This document shows, piece after piece, positions 1 to 10,148 of a stretch of DNA of 64,000 nucleotides. The position numbers were made by a program, and so were the translations under genes. The notes under the pieces were generated by a model. It was given only the letters and a program-made list of their open reading frames with translations, had not been told where the DNA came from and made no database searches. This stretch comes from Frankiales bacterium (GTDB taxonomy: Bacteria > Actinomycetota > Actinomycetes > JAWWOW01). Within the stretch, counting starts at the first letter, position 1. Each line of letters begins with the position of its first letter. Location of the stretch: assembly GCA_033851265.1 (NCBI GenBank), contig JAWWOW010000016.1:21438-85437 (forward strand), written 5' to 3'.

Positions 1-344
1 TCGGTGCGGCCGTAGTCGAGTCCCTGCTCGACGATCGTGCGTGCCAACTCGCCTGCCGCGGCTTGGTCCAGCCGGATGTTGAGAAAGCCGGGACCTGCGA
101 CGTCGACGCTGGCAATGCCCGCCGACGCGCGTAGGCGAGTGGCTATGAGCTCGGCGACCTCTCGCGGTGAACGTCCCGCCGGCTTCGCGAGCTGCATGGC
201 TACGTTGGTCGAGTAGTCGCCGTGATCACGGTTACGTGGACGCTCGACGGTGACCTGGTCTGGCACGGCGACATCCAGGTCCCCTGACTCGATGCACGCG
301 GCGACCGCGGCCCGAACGGCCTCGGCTAACTGCGCGGGAGTCAT
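1..344 (-). CDS. argS: arginine--tRNA ligase, N-terminal part (gene runs off the window start)
   Basis: My own translation from the ATG at 344 gives [14 protein letters not shown]...[24 protein letters not shown]...GPGFLNIRL, the typical ArgRS N-terminal domain. It is missing from the ORF track because it is truncated. Confidence 0.8.
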   Translation of the reverse strand, partial: MTPAQLAEAVRAAVAACIESGDLDVAVPDQVTVERPRNRDHGDYSTNVAMQLAKPAGRSPREVAELIATRLRASAGIASVDVAGPGFLNIRLDQAAAGELARTIVEQGLDYGRT

Positions 345-365
345 GTTTCGAGGTTATCTCCCACG

Positions 366-761
366 TTAGGTAGCGCGTCGCTCCTCACCCAGCCGACGCA
401 CAGTGTCGACGAGGTCGTCGGGATCAAACGGCTTCGTCAGGTAGGCATCGACACCAATGCGAGATCCGCGTTCGACATCGGCCTCTTGCGCGCGTGCCGA
501 CAACAACACAACACGAACGTGGCCAAGGGACGGGTCCTCGCGGAGTCTCGCCGCGGTTTCCCACCCGTCGAGGCGCGGCATCATCACGTCAAGTGTCACG
601 ACGTCCGGCGCAATGTCCTTGATCTTGTCGAGGCAGTCTTGCCCATCGACGGCCGTGTGCACGTCGAACCCTTCGAGTTCCAAGTTGACGGTGATGAGCT
701 GCCGGATCACTTCGTCATCGTCGACGACCAGCACGCGCACCGGCTGATCGCTCACGCTCAC
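366..761 (-). CDS. single-domain response regulator (receiver only)
   Basis: 131 aa. It has the VLVVDDD acidic pocket, phospho-acceptor context VVTLDVMMPRLDG and the YLTKPF lysine motif, with no output domain. Confidence 0.85.
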   Translation of the reverse strand: MSVSDQPVRVLVVDDDEVIRQLITVNLELEGFDVHTAVDGQDCLDKIKDIAPDVVTLDVMMPRLDGWETAARLREDPSLGHVRVVLLSARAQEADVERGSRIGVDAYLTKPFDPDDLVDTVRRLGEERRAT

Positions 762-784
762 GAGGCTATCCTGGGCACACCCGA

Positions 785-856
785 GCCCCCGTAGCTCAGG
801 GGATAGAGCACCGCCCTCCGGAGGCGGGGGCGCAGGTTCGAATCCTGCCGGGGGCG
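785..856 (+). tRNA. tRNA-Arg (anticodon CCG)
   Basis: Hand-folded cloverleaf: acceptor GCCCCCG/CGGGGGC, D-stem GCTC/GAGC, anticodon stem CCGCC/GGCGG with loop CTCCGGA, T-arm GCAGG-TTCGAAT-CCTGC. CCA is not encoded. Confidence 0.9.
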
Positions 857-867
857 CACACTTGCGT

Positions 868-2181
868 TTATTGGCGCGGCAGGACTGACGGGGTCACCTG
901 AACCGGCATCACGTCCAACCCGCGAGCGAGCAGGAACGGCCGCCGCTCGGGCGTGCCGGCCCGCGCGATCGCTGGCAGCCGCTCGGTCAGCGCTTCGAAG
1001 GCGATGCGGCCTTGCAACCGTGCGAGTGGGGCGCCGAGACAGTAATGCGCGCCGGCAGAGAACCCTAGATGCTTGGTCGGGTTGGGCCGGTTGAGATCGA
1101 AACTCAGCGGATCCGAAAATACCCCCGCGTCGCGGCTGCCTGCCGCGAGCAACACCATCACCAGGGAGTCGGGCGGGATGGTGACCCCCGCTACCTCTGC
1201 AGGTTCGTCGTACGTGTGACGCATGGTCAGCTGAATCGAATGTTCGAGACGAAGGACCTCCTCGACCGCGTTGGGGATGAGGCTGCGGTCGGCTCGAAGT
1301 GCCTGCCACAAGTCGGGCCGGTCGACGAACATGTTCATCCCGTGGCCGATCAGACCCGTCATCGTGCCGAATCCCGCAATCAGCATGAGCTGACAGTTGG
1401 CGAGCAACTCCTCGTCGGTCAGCTTGGTGCCCTCTTCGTCCCGCGCGGCGATCAGAGCCGATATGACGTCGTCGCCTGGGTTCTGCCGCCGGCGTTCGGC
1501 CAGTTGAGTGAAGTAGTCAGACAACTCGTCGGAGGCTTTGCGCGCGGTGGCCGCCCTTTCGCGGGTGATGAACGGGTCGAAACCGGGACCGATGTCGTGC
1601 GCCCACGTAGCGAACTTTTCGACGTCCTCCTCCGGGATCCCCATGATGCGCGCGACGATCGTCACTGGGAGCGGGAACGCAAAGTCGTGAATGATGTCGA
1701 TGACCTCGCGTCCCTCGACACGGTCGAGCAGGTCGTGCGTCAGTTCCGTGATCGATTCGCTGAGCGACGCAACGGCCCGGGCGCCCAAGCCCTTCGTCAC
1801 GAGCTTTCGTATCTGTGTGTGTCGGGGCGGATCGATGTTCAGCAGTGAGTTGCTGCTGACCATCTTGACGATCTCGATGACCCACCCATGTCGCGGGCGC
1901 ACATGAAAGCGGTCGTCCTTGAGGATCGCGTTGACCGCGTCGTAACCCGTGACGACGTACAAGCCCGTCGTCGAGGAGTAGAAGACGGGGCCACGCCGGC
2001 GCATGGACTCGTAGAGGTTGAACGGCCGCGGCTCGACCCAGGAGTCTGCAGCCAACAACTCGGGCGTGCGATCGCCGCGCAATCGGTGGTAACGCACATT
2101 GGCCGCTTGAACATGCACCCGAGCCCGGTCGCGCACTGCCTTAGCCCGTGCGCGCGGACGCGCGCGCTCGCGCAGTCCCAT
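868..2181 (-). CDS. cytochrome P450 with a non-canonical I-helix
   Basis: 437 aa. It has the heme-thiolate loop FSAGAHYCLGAPLA and the EEVLRLE (ExxR) motif. The I-helix reads LIAGFGTMTG instead of AGx[DE]T[TS]. Confidence 0.85.
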   Translation of the reverse strand: MGLRERARPRARAKAVRDRARVHVQAANVRYHRLRGDRTPELLAADSWVEPRPFNLYESMRRRGPVFYSSTTGLYVVTGYDAVNAILKDDRFHVRPRHGWVIEIVKMVSSNSLLNIDPPRHTQIRKLVTKGLGARAVASLSESITELTHDLLDRVEGREVIDIIHDFAFPLPVTIVARIMGIPEEDVEKFATWAHDIGPGFDPFITRERAATARKASDELSDYFTQLAERRRQNPGDDVISALIAARDEEGTKLTDEELLANCQLMLIAGFGTMTGLIGHGMNMFVDRPDLWQALRADRSLIPNAVEEVLRLEHSIQLTMRHTYDEPAEVAGVTIPPDSLVMVLLAAGSRDAGVFSDPLSFDLNRPNPTKHLGFSAGAHYCLGAPLARLQGRIAFEALTERLPAIARAGTPERRPFLLARGLDVMPVQVTPSVLPRQ

Positions 2182-2314
2182 CTCATCCTCCCTGCGACAA
2201 CCTTAGACGACCTCCGCGGCGTACTAACGTCTGAAGAATGTTGCATGACCCGACCGATCCATCGGTGTATGAGGAATGGTCCGGCCTGAAGTTCGTACGA
2301 CGATTGAAGGATCG

Positions 2315-3883
2315 ATGACGCGCAGCATTCCGACACACGCCGATGTTGTCGTTGTCGGCGCAGGCCACAACGGGCTGGTCGCGGCGACGTTGCTCGCTCG
2401 TGCGGGCCTGAACGTCGTGGTCTGCGAACGCGATGGCGTGCTCGGCGGAGCGGTACGCACGGAGCACCCGTTCGCGCGCGTTCCGGGGCTCGGGCAGTCG
2501 ACCGGTGCGTACCTGCTCGGATTGATGCCACCGGAACTCATCGGGCTCCTCGACATCGACGTCCCGATGCTGCGACGCGACCCGCATTACTTCTTGCCTA
2601 CGACCGGTAGCAACCATCTGTTGCTCGGCGCAGATCGGGCCGCGAATACTGCGGCGATTATGTCGGCCTTCGGGGTCGAGGATGCCAAGGCCGACGAAGC
2701 GCTGGGTGCGGAGTTAGCCGCGTTACGAGAGGACATCGCGCCAACATGGCTGTCCGAACCACTGTCGATTGAGGACACCGCGGAGCGATTCGTGCGTCCT
2801 GCCCTGCGTGAAGTGTTCGTCGAGATGTGCCGCGGCTCAGTCGCGTCCTACCTCGACCGGTTCGGATTCAAGAGCGACCTGCTCCTGGCGATGTACATCG
2901 TCACCGACGGGCTATCCGGCCTGCACGCCGGCCCGGACACTCCCGGCTCGGGACACAACTTCCTCGCGCACAACATGGGCCGCCTGCCGGGTGCAGAGGG
3001 GGCATGGATGATCGTGCGCGGTGGCATGGGCACGGTGTCCGCTCGCATTGCTGACGCCGCGCGCGCGGCGGGCGCAACGTTCATCACGGATTCGCCAGTT
3101 CAGCGCGTGCTTGTCGAGGGCGGCCGGGCTTGCGGGGTTGCGCTTTCCAATGACCACACGGTCAGTGCCAGCGTTGTCGTCGGAGGTTGCGACCCGTTCC
3201 AGCTCGCTGCCCTTACCGGCGATGCGCTGCCGACTGCTCTCACGTCTCAACTCGCACACCTGCAGCGCTCCGGAACCACACTGAAACTCAATCTGGCGCT
3301 TCGCGACCTGCCGCGTTTCAGCTGCCTTCCCGAGGACTCAGCATCGCCGTTCGGAGCGACCGTTCACTTACTCCCCGACGGCCCGGATGTGGTCGACGCG
3401 GTGCGCTCGATGTGGGCGGACGTCGAGGCTGGCCGGCTGCCGGAGTTCCCCACGATCGAGTGGTACGTCCATACAACGGTTGACCCATCTCTGCAGGATG
3501 AGAAAGGTCACCACTCGAGCGCGTTGTTCGTCCAGTCCGTGCCGTACACGTTGAGCGCGACAACCTGGGATGACGCCTTGCCGTCGTACGTCGAGCACCT
3601 CCTGTCCATCTGCGACCGATTCGCTCCAGGGACGAGTGACTTGGTCGCTGACACGCTGCCGTTGGCACCACCGGATATCGAGCGGCGGTTCGGCATTACC
3701 CACGGCCACATCCACCACGTCGACAACGCATTCGCGTTCGCGGACCGCGTGCCCTACTCGTGGCTGCCCGGGTTGTACGCCGCGAGCGCCGGCTGTCACC
3801 CTGCCGGTTCGGTCATCGGTGCGGCCGGACACAACGCAGCACAACGGGTGCTCGCCGACCTCGGGCTGCCCCCCGCGCGCTGA
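2315..3883 (+). CDS. FAD-dependent oxidoreductase, phytoene-desaturase (CrtI)-like family
   Basis: Dinucleotide-binding motif DVVVVGAGHNGLVAA...VCE, and the size is typical of this family. The start was moved to the ATG at 2315, behind a GAAGGA RBS. Confidence 0.7.
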   Translation: MTRSIPTHADVVVVGAGHNGLVAATLLARAGLNVVVCERDGVLGGAVRTEHPFARVPGLGQSTGAYLLGLMPPELIGLLDIDVPMLRRDPHYFLPTTGSNHLLLGADRAANTAAIMSAFGVEDAKADEALGAELAALREDIAPTWLSEPLSIEDTAERFVRPALREVFVEMCRGSVASYLDRFGFKSDLLLAMYIVTDGLSGLHAGPDTPGSGHNFLAHNMGRLPGAEGAWMIVRGGMGTVSARIADAARAAGATFITDSPVQRVLVEGGRACGVALSNDHTVSASVVVGGCDPFQLAALTGDALPTALTSQLAHLQRSGTTLKLNLALRDLPRFSCLPEDSASPFGATVHLLPDGPDVVDAVRSMWADVEAGRLPEFPTIEWYVHTTVDPSLQDEKGHHSSALFVQSVPYTLSATTWDDALPSYVEHLLSICDRFAPGTSDLVADTLPLAPPDIERRFGITHGHIHHVDNAFAFADRVPYSWLPGLYAASAGCHPAGSVIGAAGHNAAQRVLADLGLPPAR

Positions 3884-3906
3884 CCGCTGGCTGCAAGGAT
3901 CCGCGC

Positions 3907-5073
3907 ATGGATTTCCGGGTACCTGACGAGTTGAATGCGCTTCGCGAAAGTTTCGCGTCCTTCCTCGACCGCGAGGTGCGGCCAGTCGAAGAGCGCGTAC
4001 GTGAGCAGTTCTGGTCGCTGGCGCCGGATAGTGGCGCGCTTCGCGCGGCAGCGGATCAGGTTAAGGCGCGGGCAGCGCAAGAGGGCTTCTACGCGGCGCA
4101 CCTTCCCGAGTCCGTCGGTGGTTGGGGCTTGTCGACACTCGGCATGACGCTGCTCGTCGAGGATGCCGCGCGGTCTGGACTGCGCCTGGCGTTGTTCGCA
4201 GTAGCGCCGCCCAACCCCGAGGGGCCGACTCAGCTGCTGCTCGACCTGCCTGAGCATCTCTGGGACACGTACGTTCGACCACTGGTGCGCGGCGAGCAGA
4301 CGATGTGCTTTGCACTCACGGAACCCGAAGCGGGTAGCGACGCGCAAGCCATCCGAACACGCGCGCGGCTCGATGGCGATGGCTGGGTGATCGACGGACA
4401 CAAGCACTTCATCACTAACGCGGCGAGAGCCGACTTCGCGGTTGTGTTCGCTGTCACGGACCCCGACAAGCGGGCGGCGGGCGGCATCACAGCCTTCGTT
4501 GTCCCGAAGGACCAGTTTCGTGTCGGCAAGACGCAGTACACGATGGCCGACACCCACCCTGCCGAGTTGTTCCTCGACAACGCGCGGGTGCCCAGCGACC
4601 ACGTCATCGGCGAGGTGGGTCTTGGGTTCTTCGCCGCGATGCGGTTCCTCAACGCCGGACGCGCGTTCATCGGCGCGCAGTGTCTCGGTCTGTCAGAACT
4701 CTGTTTGGACGTTGCGATCGAGCACGCGCGCACGCGTACCGCTTTCGGAAAGCCATTGGCCCGCAACCAGGGCGTTGCTTTCCCGCTTGCCGACTCGAAG
4801 GCTGACATCGAAGCGATGCGTTGGCTGACCTACCACCTCGCCTGGGCAGTTGACGCCGGCGAGGAACCGGTGCTCGATGCTTCGATCGTCAAACTCTTCA
4901 ACACCGAACGTGGCTACGCCGTGGCCGACCGCTGCCTGCAGGTCTTTGGCGGGATGGGCCTCGTCAAGGAAGGCCCGATCGAGCATGTCCTCCGCCACCT
5001 GCGGATGCTGCGCGTCGTCGAGGGAGCGAGCGAAGTGCAACGGCTGGTCATCAGCCGCACGATCGGGCTATGA
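3907..5073 (+). CDS. acyl-CoA dehydrogenase
   Basis: It shows the FALTEPEAGSD motif and the C-terminal RMLRVVEGASEVQ pattern. The start was set at the ATG at 3907 (MDFRVPDEL...), because the upstream part of the ORF is Arg-rich junk. Confidence 0.85.
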   Translation: MDFRVPDELNALRESFASFLDREVRPVEERVREQFWSLAPDSGALRAAADQVKARAAQEGFYAAHLPESVGGWGLSTLGMTLLVEDAARSGLRLALFAVAPPNPEGPTQLLLDLPEHLWDTYVRPLVRGEQTMCFALTEPEAGSDAQAIRTRARLDGDGWVIDGHKHFITNAARADFAVVFAVTDPDKRAAGGITAFVVPKDQFRVGKTQYTMADTHPAELFLDNARVPSDHVIGEVGLGFFAAMRFLNAGRAFIGAQCLGLSELCLDVAIEHARTRTAFGKPLARNQGVAFPLADSKADIEAMRWLTYHLAWAVDAGEEPVLDASIVKLFNTERGYAVADRCLQVFGGMGLVKEGPIEHVLRHLRMLRVVEGASEVQRLVISRTIGL

Positions 5074-5090
5074 CGTCGAGTCCTTATCGG

Positions 5091-6359
5091 CTATGAGCCA
5101 AACGCGATCGGCACGTTTCCAAGTCTGCGAACGGTGAAATTAGGCCGACGCGAAGGCGGCGCTGTTCGACGGATCACTGGCATCCGGTCCAGCAATGCAT
5201 TGAGCGCTATCTGACCCTCGAGGCGGGCAAGTGCAGAACCCAAGCAATGGTGCGAGCCGACGATGAACGCAAGATGGCGGTTCGCGTTGTCTCGATCGGG
5301 GACGAACGTCGCTGGGTCGGCAAATACCGCCGGGTCCCTGTTCGCGGCGGCGACGATGTTGATGATGCGCGAGGCCTTTGAAATCGGGTGACCCATCAGT
5401 TCGAAGTCCTCGGCAGCTGTGCGGTTAACCATTTGCACCGGGCTCTCCAAGCGCAGCACCTCTTCGATCACGTTAGGGACGAGGTTCCGTTCCGTTTGCA
5501 GCCGCTCCCAAACATCCGGACGATCCACAAGGATGTTGACGGCGCTCCCGATCATGCCCACCGTGGTTTCGTACCCAGCAAGCAAAATGAACTCGAAATT
5601 GGCGAGCAACTCGTCGTCCGTGACGTCGATGGCTTGCCCTGATGCCGTTGACATGGTGCTGATGAGGTCCGATCCCGGTATCCGCCGACGTTCATCGAGG
5701 AGACGGCGGAAGTGATCGATGATCTCGGCTGAGGCGGCCCTCGTGATCTCCCACTGCTCAGGAGAGATCCATGGATCGAAAAGCGGGGCGACTTCGCGGC
5801 CGAGCTCACGGAGGCGCCCATCAAACGCTTCTGGAATACCAAGAATGCCGGCGATGATGCGCAAAGCCAGTGGCAGCGCGAAGTCCGCGACGGCGTCCAG
5901 CTCGCCACGCTCTAGCGCCAGATCAAGCAAGCGGTTGCAGTCGGACTCGATAACTTCCCCCAGCACTGAAATGTTGCGCGGGGTGAATCCCTGACCCATG
6001 AGCCGCCGCATTTCACCGTGGCGCGGTGGGTTCATACAGACGATGGAACTTCTCCCCATAGCCAGCACTTCAGGATCTTCTTTGTAAACGATGGCGCGCA
6101 CGGCCGGGTGTTTGAACATCGCACTCACGGCCTCGTGACCCACCACAATCACCCGCCCCTGCGACGAGAAGATCGGTCCGACCGCCAGCATTTCGTCGTA
6201 CAACGCAAACGGCATTGACCACGTTGATGGATCGATGGCCAGTCTCAAGAACGGGTCTGCCGGCGGGGCGCTCGGCGGTGGTGCGGATCGGCGGCGTATC
6301 GCTCGTTTGACACGTGAGCCAGCAACACGTGCCAGTTGTCCTGCTCGAAGCGCATCCAC
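5091..6359 (-). CDS. cytochrome P450 (paralogue-like to 868-2181)
   Basis: 422 aa. It has a canonical I-helix LLAGYETTVG, EEVLRLE, and the heme loop FIVGSHHCLGSALA. Confidence 0.85.
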   Translation of the reverse strand: MDALRAGQLARVAGSRVKRAIRRRSAPPPSAPPADPFLRLAIDPSTWSMPFALYDEMLAVGPIFSSQGRVIVVGHEAVSAMFKHPAVRAIVYKEDPEVLAMGRSSIVCMNPPRHGEMRRLMGQGFTPRNISVLGEVIESDCNRLLDLALERGELDAVADFALPLALRIIAGILGIPEAFDGRLRELGREVAPLFDPWISPEQWEITRAASAEIIDHFRRLLDERRRIPGSDLISTMSTASGQAIDVTDDELLANFEFILLAGYETTVGMIGSAVNILVDRPDVWERLQTERNLVPNVIEEVLRLESPVQMVNRTAAEDFELMGHPISKASRIINIVAAANRDPAVFADPATFVPDRDNANRHLAFIVGSHHCLGSALARLEGQIALNALLDRMPVIRRTAPPSRRPNFTVRRLGNVPIAFGS

Positions 6360-6418
6360 CCTTTCACCGTAGCGGGACCTGGCGGGCTAACGGCGCGTAC
6401 CCTTTGGGCGCAAGTTGA

Positions 6419-9400
6419 GTGCACAGGCAGAGAGAGGCCGTCGTAGCCGTGACGCCGCAGCAGCCATCGCAGCCCGATCCGCTCGCCGGTTTCGGTGCCA
6501 ACGAGTGGCTGGTCCAGGAGATCTATCAGAACTATCTGGAGGACCCCGAGTCGGTCGACCCGGTGTGGCGTGACTTCCTCGCCGACTACGTTCCGGCCAC
6601 CGCCGGCGGCAATGGCGGGACGGCGCCGCCGACCCAACAGGACACGCCGCAGGAGCAGCAGCCCGCCGAACCTGCGATGCCCCCCCAAGCACGGACCGCC
6701 GCAGCCCGCGAGCAACGTCCAGAACCCAAAGACATCAAGGTGCCCGACAAGCCGGCTCCCCCGCGGGACGAGCCGAAGCAGGCCCCATCTGCACCTGAAA
6801 TCAGGCCGCTCAAGGGGTTCGCCTCCCGGGTCGTCGCGAACATGGAGGCGAGCCTCGCCGTGCCGACGGCGACGAGCGTTCGGGTCGTCCCCGCCAAGCT
6901 CCTCGTCGACAACCGCACCGTCATCAACAACCACCTGCGGCGTGGCCGCGGCGGCAAGGTGTCGTTCACCCACTTGATCGGTTACGCGCTGGTCCGCGCA
7001 CTCCGTGACTTGCCGGAGATGAACAGCGCCTTCGCCGAGCAGGACGGCAAGCCGACGCTGGTCATCCCCGAGCATGTGAACCTCGGCCTCGCCATCGACT
7101 TGGCCAAGGAGGACGGCACACGTCAGCTGGTGGTGCCATCGGTCAAGCAGGCCGAGACGATGGATTTCGCGGCGTTCTGGGTGGCCTACGAAGACGTCGT
7201 ACGCCGAGCCAGGCAGAACAAGCTCACCGCGGACGACTTTGCCGGGACGACAATTTCGCTCACCAACCCCGGCACGATCGGCACTGTTCATTCCGTGCCG
7301 CGTCTGATGGCAGGCCAGGGCACGATCGTCGGTGTCGGCGCAATGGAGTATCCAGCGGAGTACCAAGGCGCATCGGAGGAAACACTCGCGCGCCTTGCCG
7401 TGAGCAAGGTCCTCACGATCACGTCGACGTACGACCACCGCATCATTCAGGGCGCGCAGTCCGGCGACTTCCTCAAGCGGATCCACGAGCTGCTGCTCGG
7501 CGGGGATGACTTCTACGACGAGATCTTCCGTGCGCTGCGGATCCCCTACGAGCCCATTCGCTGGGTGACGGACATCGCGCCTTCGCATGAGGACGAGGTC
7601 ACTAAACAAGCGCGCGTGCTCGAGCTCATCCACGCCTACCGCGTGCGTGGTCACCTGATGGCCGACACGGACCCGCTCGATTACAAGCAGCGCAGCCATC
7701 CCGACCTCGACATCGTCAACCATGGGTTGACCTTGTGGGACCTCGACCGCGAGTTCCCGACCGGGGGCTTCGGCGGCGTGCAGATCGCGAAACTCCGCGA
7801 GACCCTCGGCGTTCTTCGCGACTCGTACTGCCGCACGGTCGGCGTCGAGTACATGCATATCCAGGACCCTGAGCAGCGGGCGTGGATCCAGGAGCGGGTG
7901 GAGCGTCCGCATGCGAAAACCGACCGGGAAGAGCAACTCCACATCTTGCGCCGACTCAACGCGGCAGAGGCGTTCGAGACGTTCCTGCAGACAAAGTTCG
8001 TCGGTCAGAAGCGCTTCTCTCTCGAAGGCGGCGAGTCGGTCATCCCGCTGCTTGATGCGGTGTTGCGCGCCGCAGCAGGTCGCAACATGGACGAGGTCGT
8101 CATCGGCATGGCCCACCGCGGCCGGCTGAACGTTCTCGCCAACATCGTTGGCAAGTCCTATGCACAGATCTTCCGCGAGTTCGAGGGCAACCTCGACCCG
8201 CGCACAGCTCATGGTTCCGGTGACGTGAAGTACCACCTGGGCGCTGAGGGCATGTTCCGCTCGCCGGATAGCACCGACGTTCGCGTCTCGCTCGTGTCGA
8301 ACCCGAGTCACCTGGAAGCCGTCGATCCCGTTCTCGAAGGCGTCGTTCGCGCGAAGCAGGACCTCATCGGCCGCGGCGAGGCCGGTTTCACCGTGCTCCC
8401 ACTGCTGATCCACGGCGATGCCGCATTTGCCGGACAGGGCGTAGTCGCGGAGACGTTGAACCTCTCGCAACTCCGCGGTTACCGCACCGGTGGCACGGTG
8501 CACGTGCTGGTCAACAACCAACTCGGGTTCACGACGTCGCCGACTGCCAGCCGGTCGAGTGTCTACGCCACCGACGTCGCCCGGATGATCCAAGCCCCCA
8601 TCTTCCACGTGAACGGCGACGACCCAGAGGCCTGTGTCCGGGTCGCCGAGCTCGCCTTCTCGTTCCGGCAGACGTTCAAGAAGGACGTCGTCATCGACAT
8701 GGTGTGTTACCGCCGGCGCGGGCACTCCGAGGTTGACGAGCCGTCGTTCACCCAACCGCTGATGTACGACCTCGTCGACGCCAAGCGGTCGGTGCGCAAG
8801 CTCTATACGGAGGCCTTGATCGGTCGCGGTGACATCACGCTTGAAGAGGCCGAGCAGGCACTGCGCGACTTCCAGGAACAGCTGGAGAAGGTCTTCGACG
8901 AAACGCGGGAAGCCGAGCGGGCGGAGCCCGAGATTCCGCTGCTGCCGACCGCACCGCGGTCGGGCCCTGTCGACACCTCGACGACGCCCGAGGTCGTCAA
9001 GACTGTCGTCGACGCCTACCTCACCGTGCCGGAAGGCTTCACGGTCCACCCGCGTCTGCTGCCCCAACTCGAGCGGCGCTCGGCCATGGTTGCCGACGGC
9101 ACGATCGACTGGGCACTCGGCGAAACGCTCGCCTTCGGGTCACTGCTACTCCAGGGGCGTCCGGTGCGGCTCGCGGGCCAGGACTCGCGCCGCGGGACCT
9201 TCGGCCAACGCCATGCCGTGATCGTCGACCGCAAGACGGGCGAGGAGTACACCCCGCTGGGGAACCTGTCCACGGATCAGGCGTCGTTCTATGTCTACGA
9301 CTCATTGCTGTCGGAGTTTGCGGCGATGGGCTTCGAGTACGGCTACTCCGTCGCACGTCCCGATGCTCTCGTCGCGTGGGAGGCGCAGTTCGGTGACTTC

Positions 9401-10135
9401 GCCAATGGTGCCCAGTCGATCATCGACGAGTTCGTCAGCTCGGGTGACGCTAAGTGGGGACAACAGTCGGGCGTCGTTCTCCTGCTGCCGCACGGTTACG
9501 AAGGTCAGGGTCCGGACCACTCCTCCGCGCGGATCGAACGCTTCCTGACGCTCGCCGCCGAGGACAACATGACCATCGCGGTGCCGACCACGCCCGCTAA
9601 CTACTTCCACCTGCTGCGGCTGCACGTGCTCGATGAATTGCACCGGCCGCTCATCGTGTTCACGCCGAAGTCGATGCTGCGACTGAAGTCGGCCACGTCG
9701 CGCGTCGAGGACCTCACAACTGGTCACTGGCAGCCAGTAGTCCCCGATTCAGATATCACCGATGCGACCGCGGTACGCCGCGTGGTGCTGTCTGCCGGGA
9801 AGATCTACTACGACCTGCACAGTGCGCGCGCGAAGGTCAACACCGGCGACGCCGTCGCTCTTTTGCGCGTCGACCAGATCTATCCGCTGCCAGTCGAGGC
9901 AATTCAGGATGCGTTGTCGGCGTACCCGAACGCGGCCGACATCGTGTGGGTGCAGGAGGAGCCGGCCAACCAGGGTGCGTGGCCATTCATGGCTCTGAAC
10001 TTGCCCGAGGTCCTTGGCGACCGAACGCTGCGATCGATCACGCGTCGCGCATCAGCATCGCCGGCGGGCGGGTCCGCTACCCAGCACGAAGCCGAGCAGA
10101 AAAACATCATCAGCTCGGCCCTTTCCGATCTCTGA
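6419..10135 (+). CDS. kgd: multifunctional 2-oxoglutarate decarboxylase/dehydrogenase E1 with N-terminal succinyltransferase-like segment (Kgd/SucA)
   Basis: 1238 aa with a Pro/Ala-rich linker, an acyltransferase-like segment ([12 protein letters not shown]) and a TPP-dependent E1 body. This matches the actinobacterial Kgd architecture. The true start may be the GTG near 6449. Confidence 0.9.
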   Translation: MHRQREAVVAVTPQQPSQPDPLAGFGANEWLVQEIYQNYLEDPESVDPVWRDFLADYVPATAGGNGGTAPPTQQDTPQEQQPAEPAMPPQARTAAAREQRPEPKDIKVPDKPAPPRDEPKQAPSAPEIRPLKGFASRVVANMEASLAVPTATSVRVVPAKLLVDNRTVINNHLRRGRGGKVSFTHLIGYALVRALRDLPEMNSAFAEQDGKPTLVIPEHVNLGLAIDLAKEDGTRQLVVPSVKQAETMDFAAFWVAYEDVVRRARQNKLTADDFAGTTISLTNPGTIGTVHSVPRLMAGQGTIVGVGAMEYPAEYQGASEETLARLAVSKVLTITSTYDHRIIQGAQSGDFLKRIHELLLGGDDFYDEIFRALRIPYEPIRWVTDIAPSHEDEVTKQARVLELIHAYRVRGHLMADTDPLDYKQRSHPDLDIVNHGLTLWDLDREFPTGGFGGVQIAKLRETLGVLRDSYCRTVGVEYMHIQDPEQRAWIQERVERPHAKTDREEQLHILRRLNAAEAFETFLQTKFVGQKRFSLEGGESVIPLLDAVLRAAAGRNMDEVVIGMAHRGRLNVLANIVGKSYAQIFREFEGNLDPRTAHGSGDVKYHLGAEGMFRSPDSTDVRVSLVSNPSHLEAVDPVLEGVVRAKQDLIGRGEAGFTVLPLLIHGDAAFAGQGVVAETLNLSQLRGYRTGGTVHVLVNNQLGFTTSPTASRSSVYATDVARMIQAPIFHVNGDDPEACVRVAELAFSFRQTFKKDVVIDMVCYRRRGHSEVDEPSFTQPLMYDLVDAKRSVRKLYTEALIGRGDITLEEAEQALRDFQEQLEKVFDETREAERAEPEIPLLPTAPRSGPVDTSTTPEVVKTVVDAYLTVPEGFTVHPRLLPQLERRSAMVADGTIDWALGETLAFGSLLLQGRPVRLAGQDSRRGTFGQRHAVIVDRKTGEEYTPLGNLSTDQASFYVYDSLLSEFAAMGFEYGYSVARPDALVAWEAQFGDFANGAQSIIDEFVSSGDAKWGQQSGVVLLLPHGYEGQGPDHSSARIERFLTLAAEDNMTIAVPTTPANYFHLLRLHVLDELHRPLIVFTPKSMLRLKSATSRVEDLTTGHWQPVVPDSDITDATAVRRVVLSAGKIYYDLHSARAKVNTGDAVALLRVDQIYPLPVEAIQDALSAYPNAADIVWVQEEPANQGAWPFMALNLPEVLGDRTLRSITRRASASPAGGSATQHEAEQKNIISSALSDL

Positions 10136-10148
10136 GTAACCCGACGCG

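Noticed and set aside
2182-2314. A search for a biarylitide-type pentapeptide precursor (MxYxH) or other tiny RiPP ORF upstream of the P450 genes (6360-6418 was also checked).
   Set aside because: No such micro-ORF is present on the P450 strand in either upstream region.
6245-9067. A 940-aa minus-strand ORF, the longest antisense ORF in the track.
   Set aside because: It lies entirely antisense to kgd, which has unmistakable homology. Its translation is Arg/Gly/Val/Asp-rich low complexity, typical of open antisense frames in high-GC DNA.
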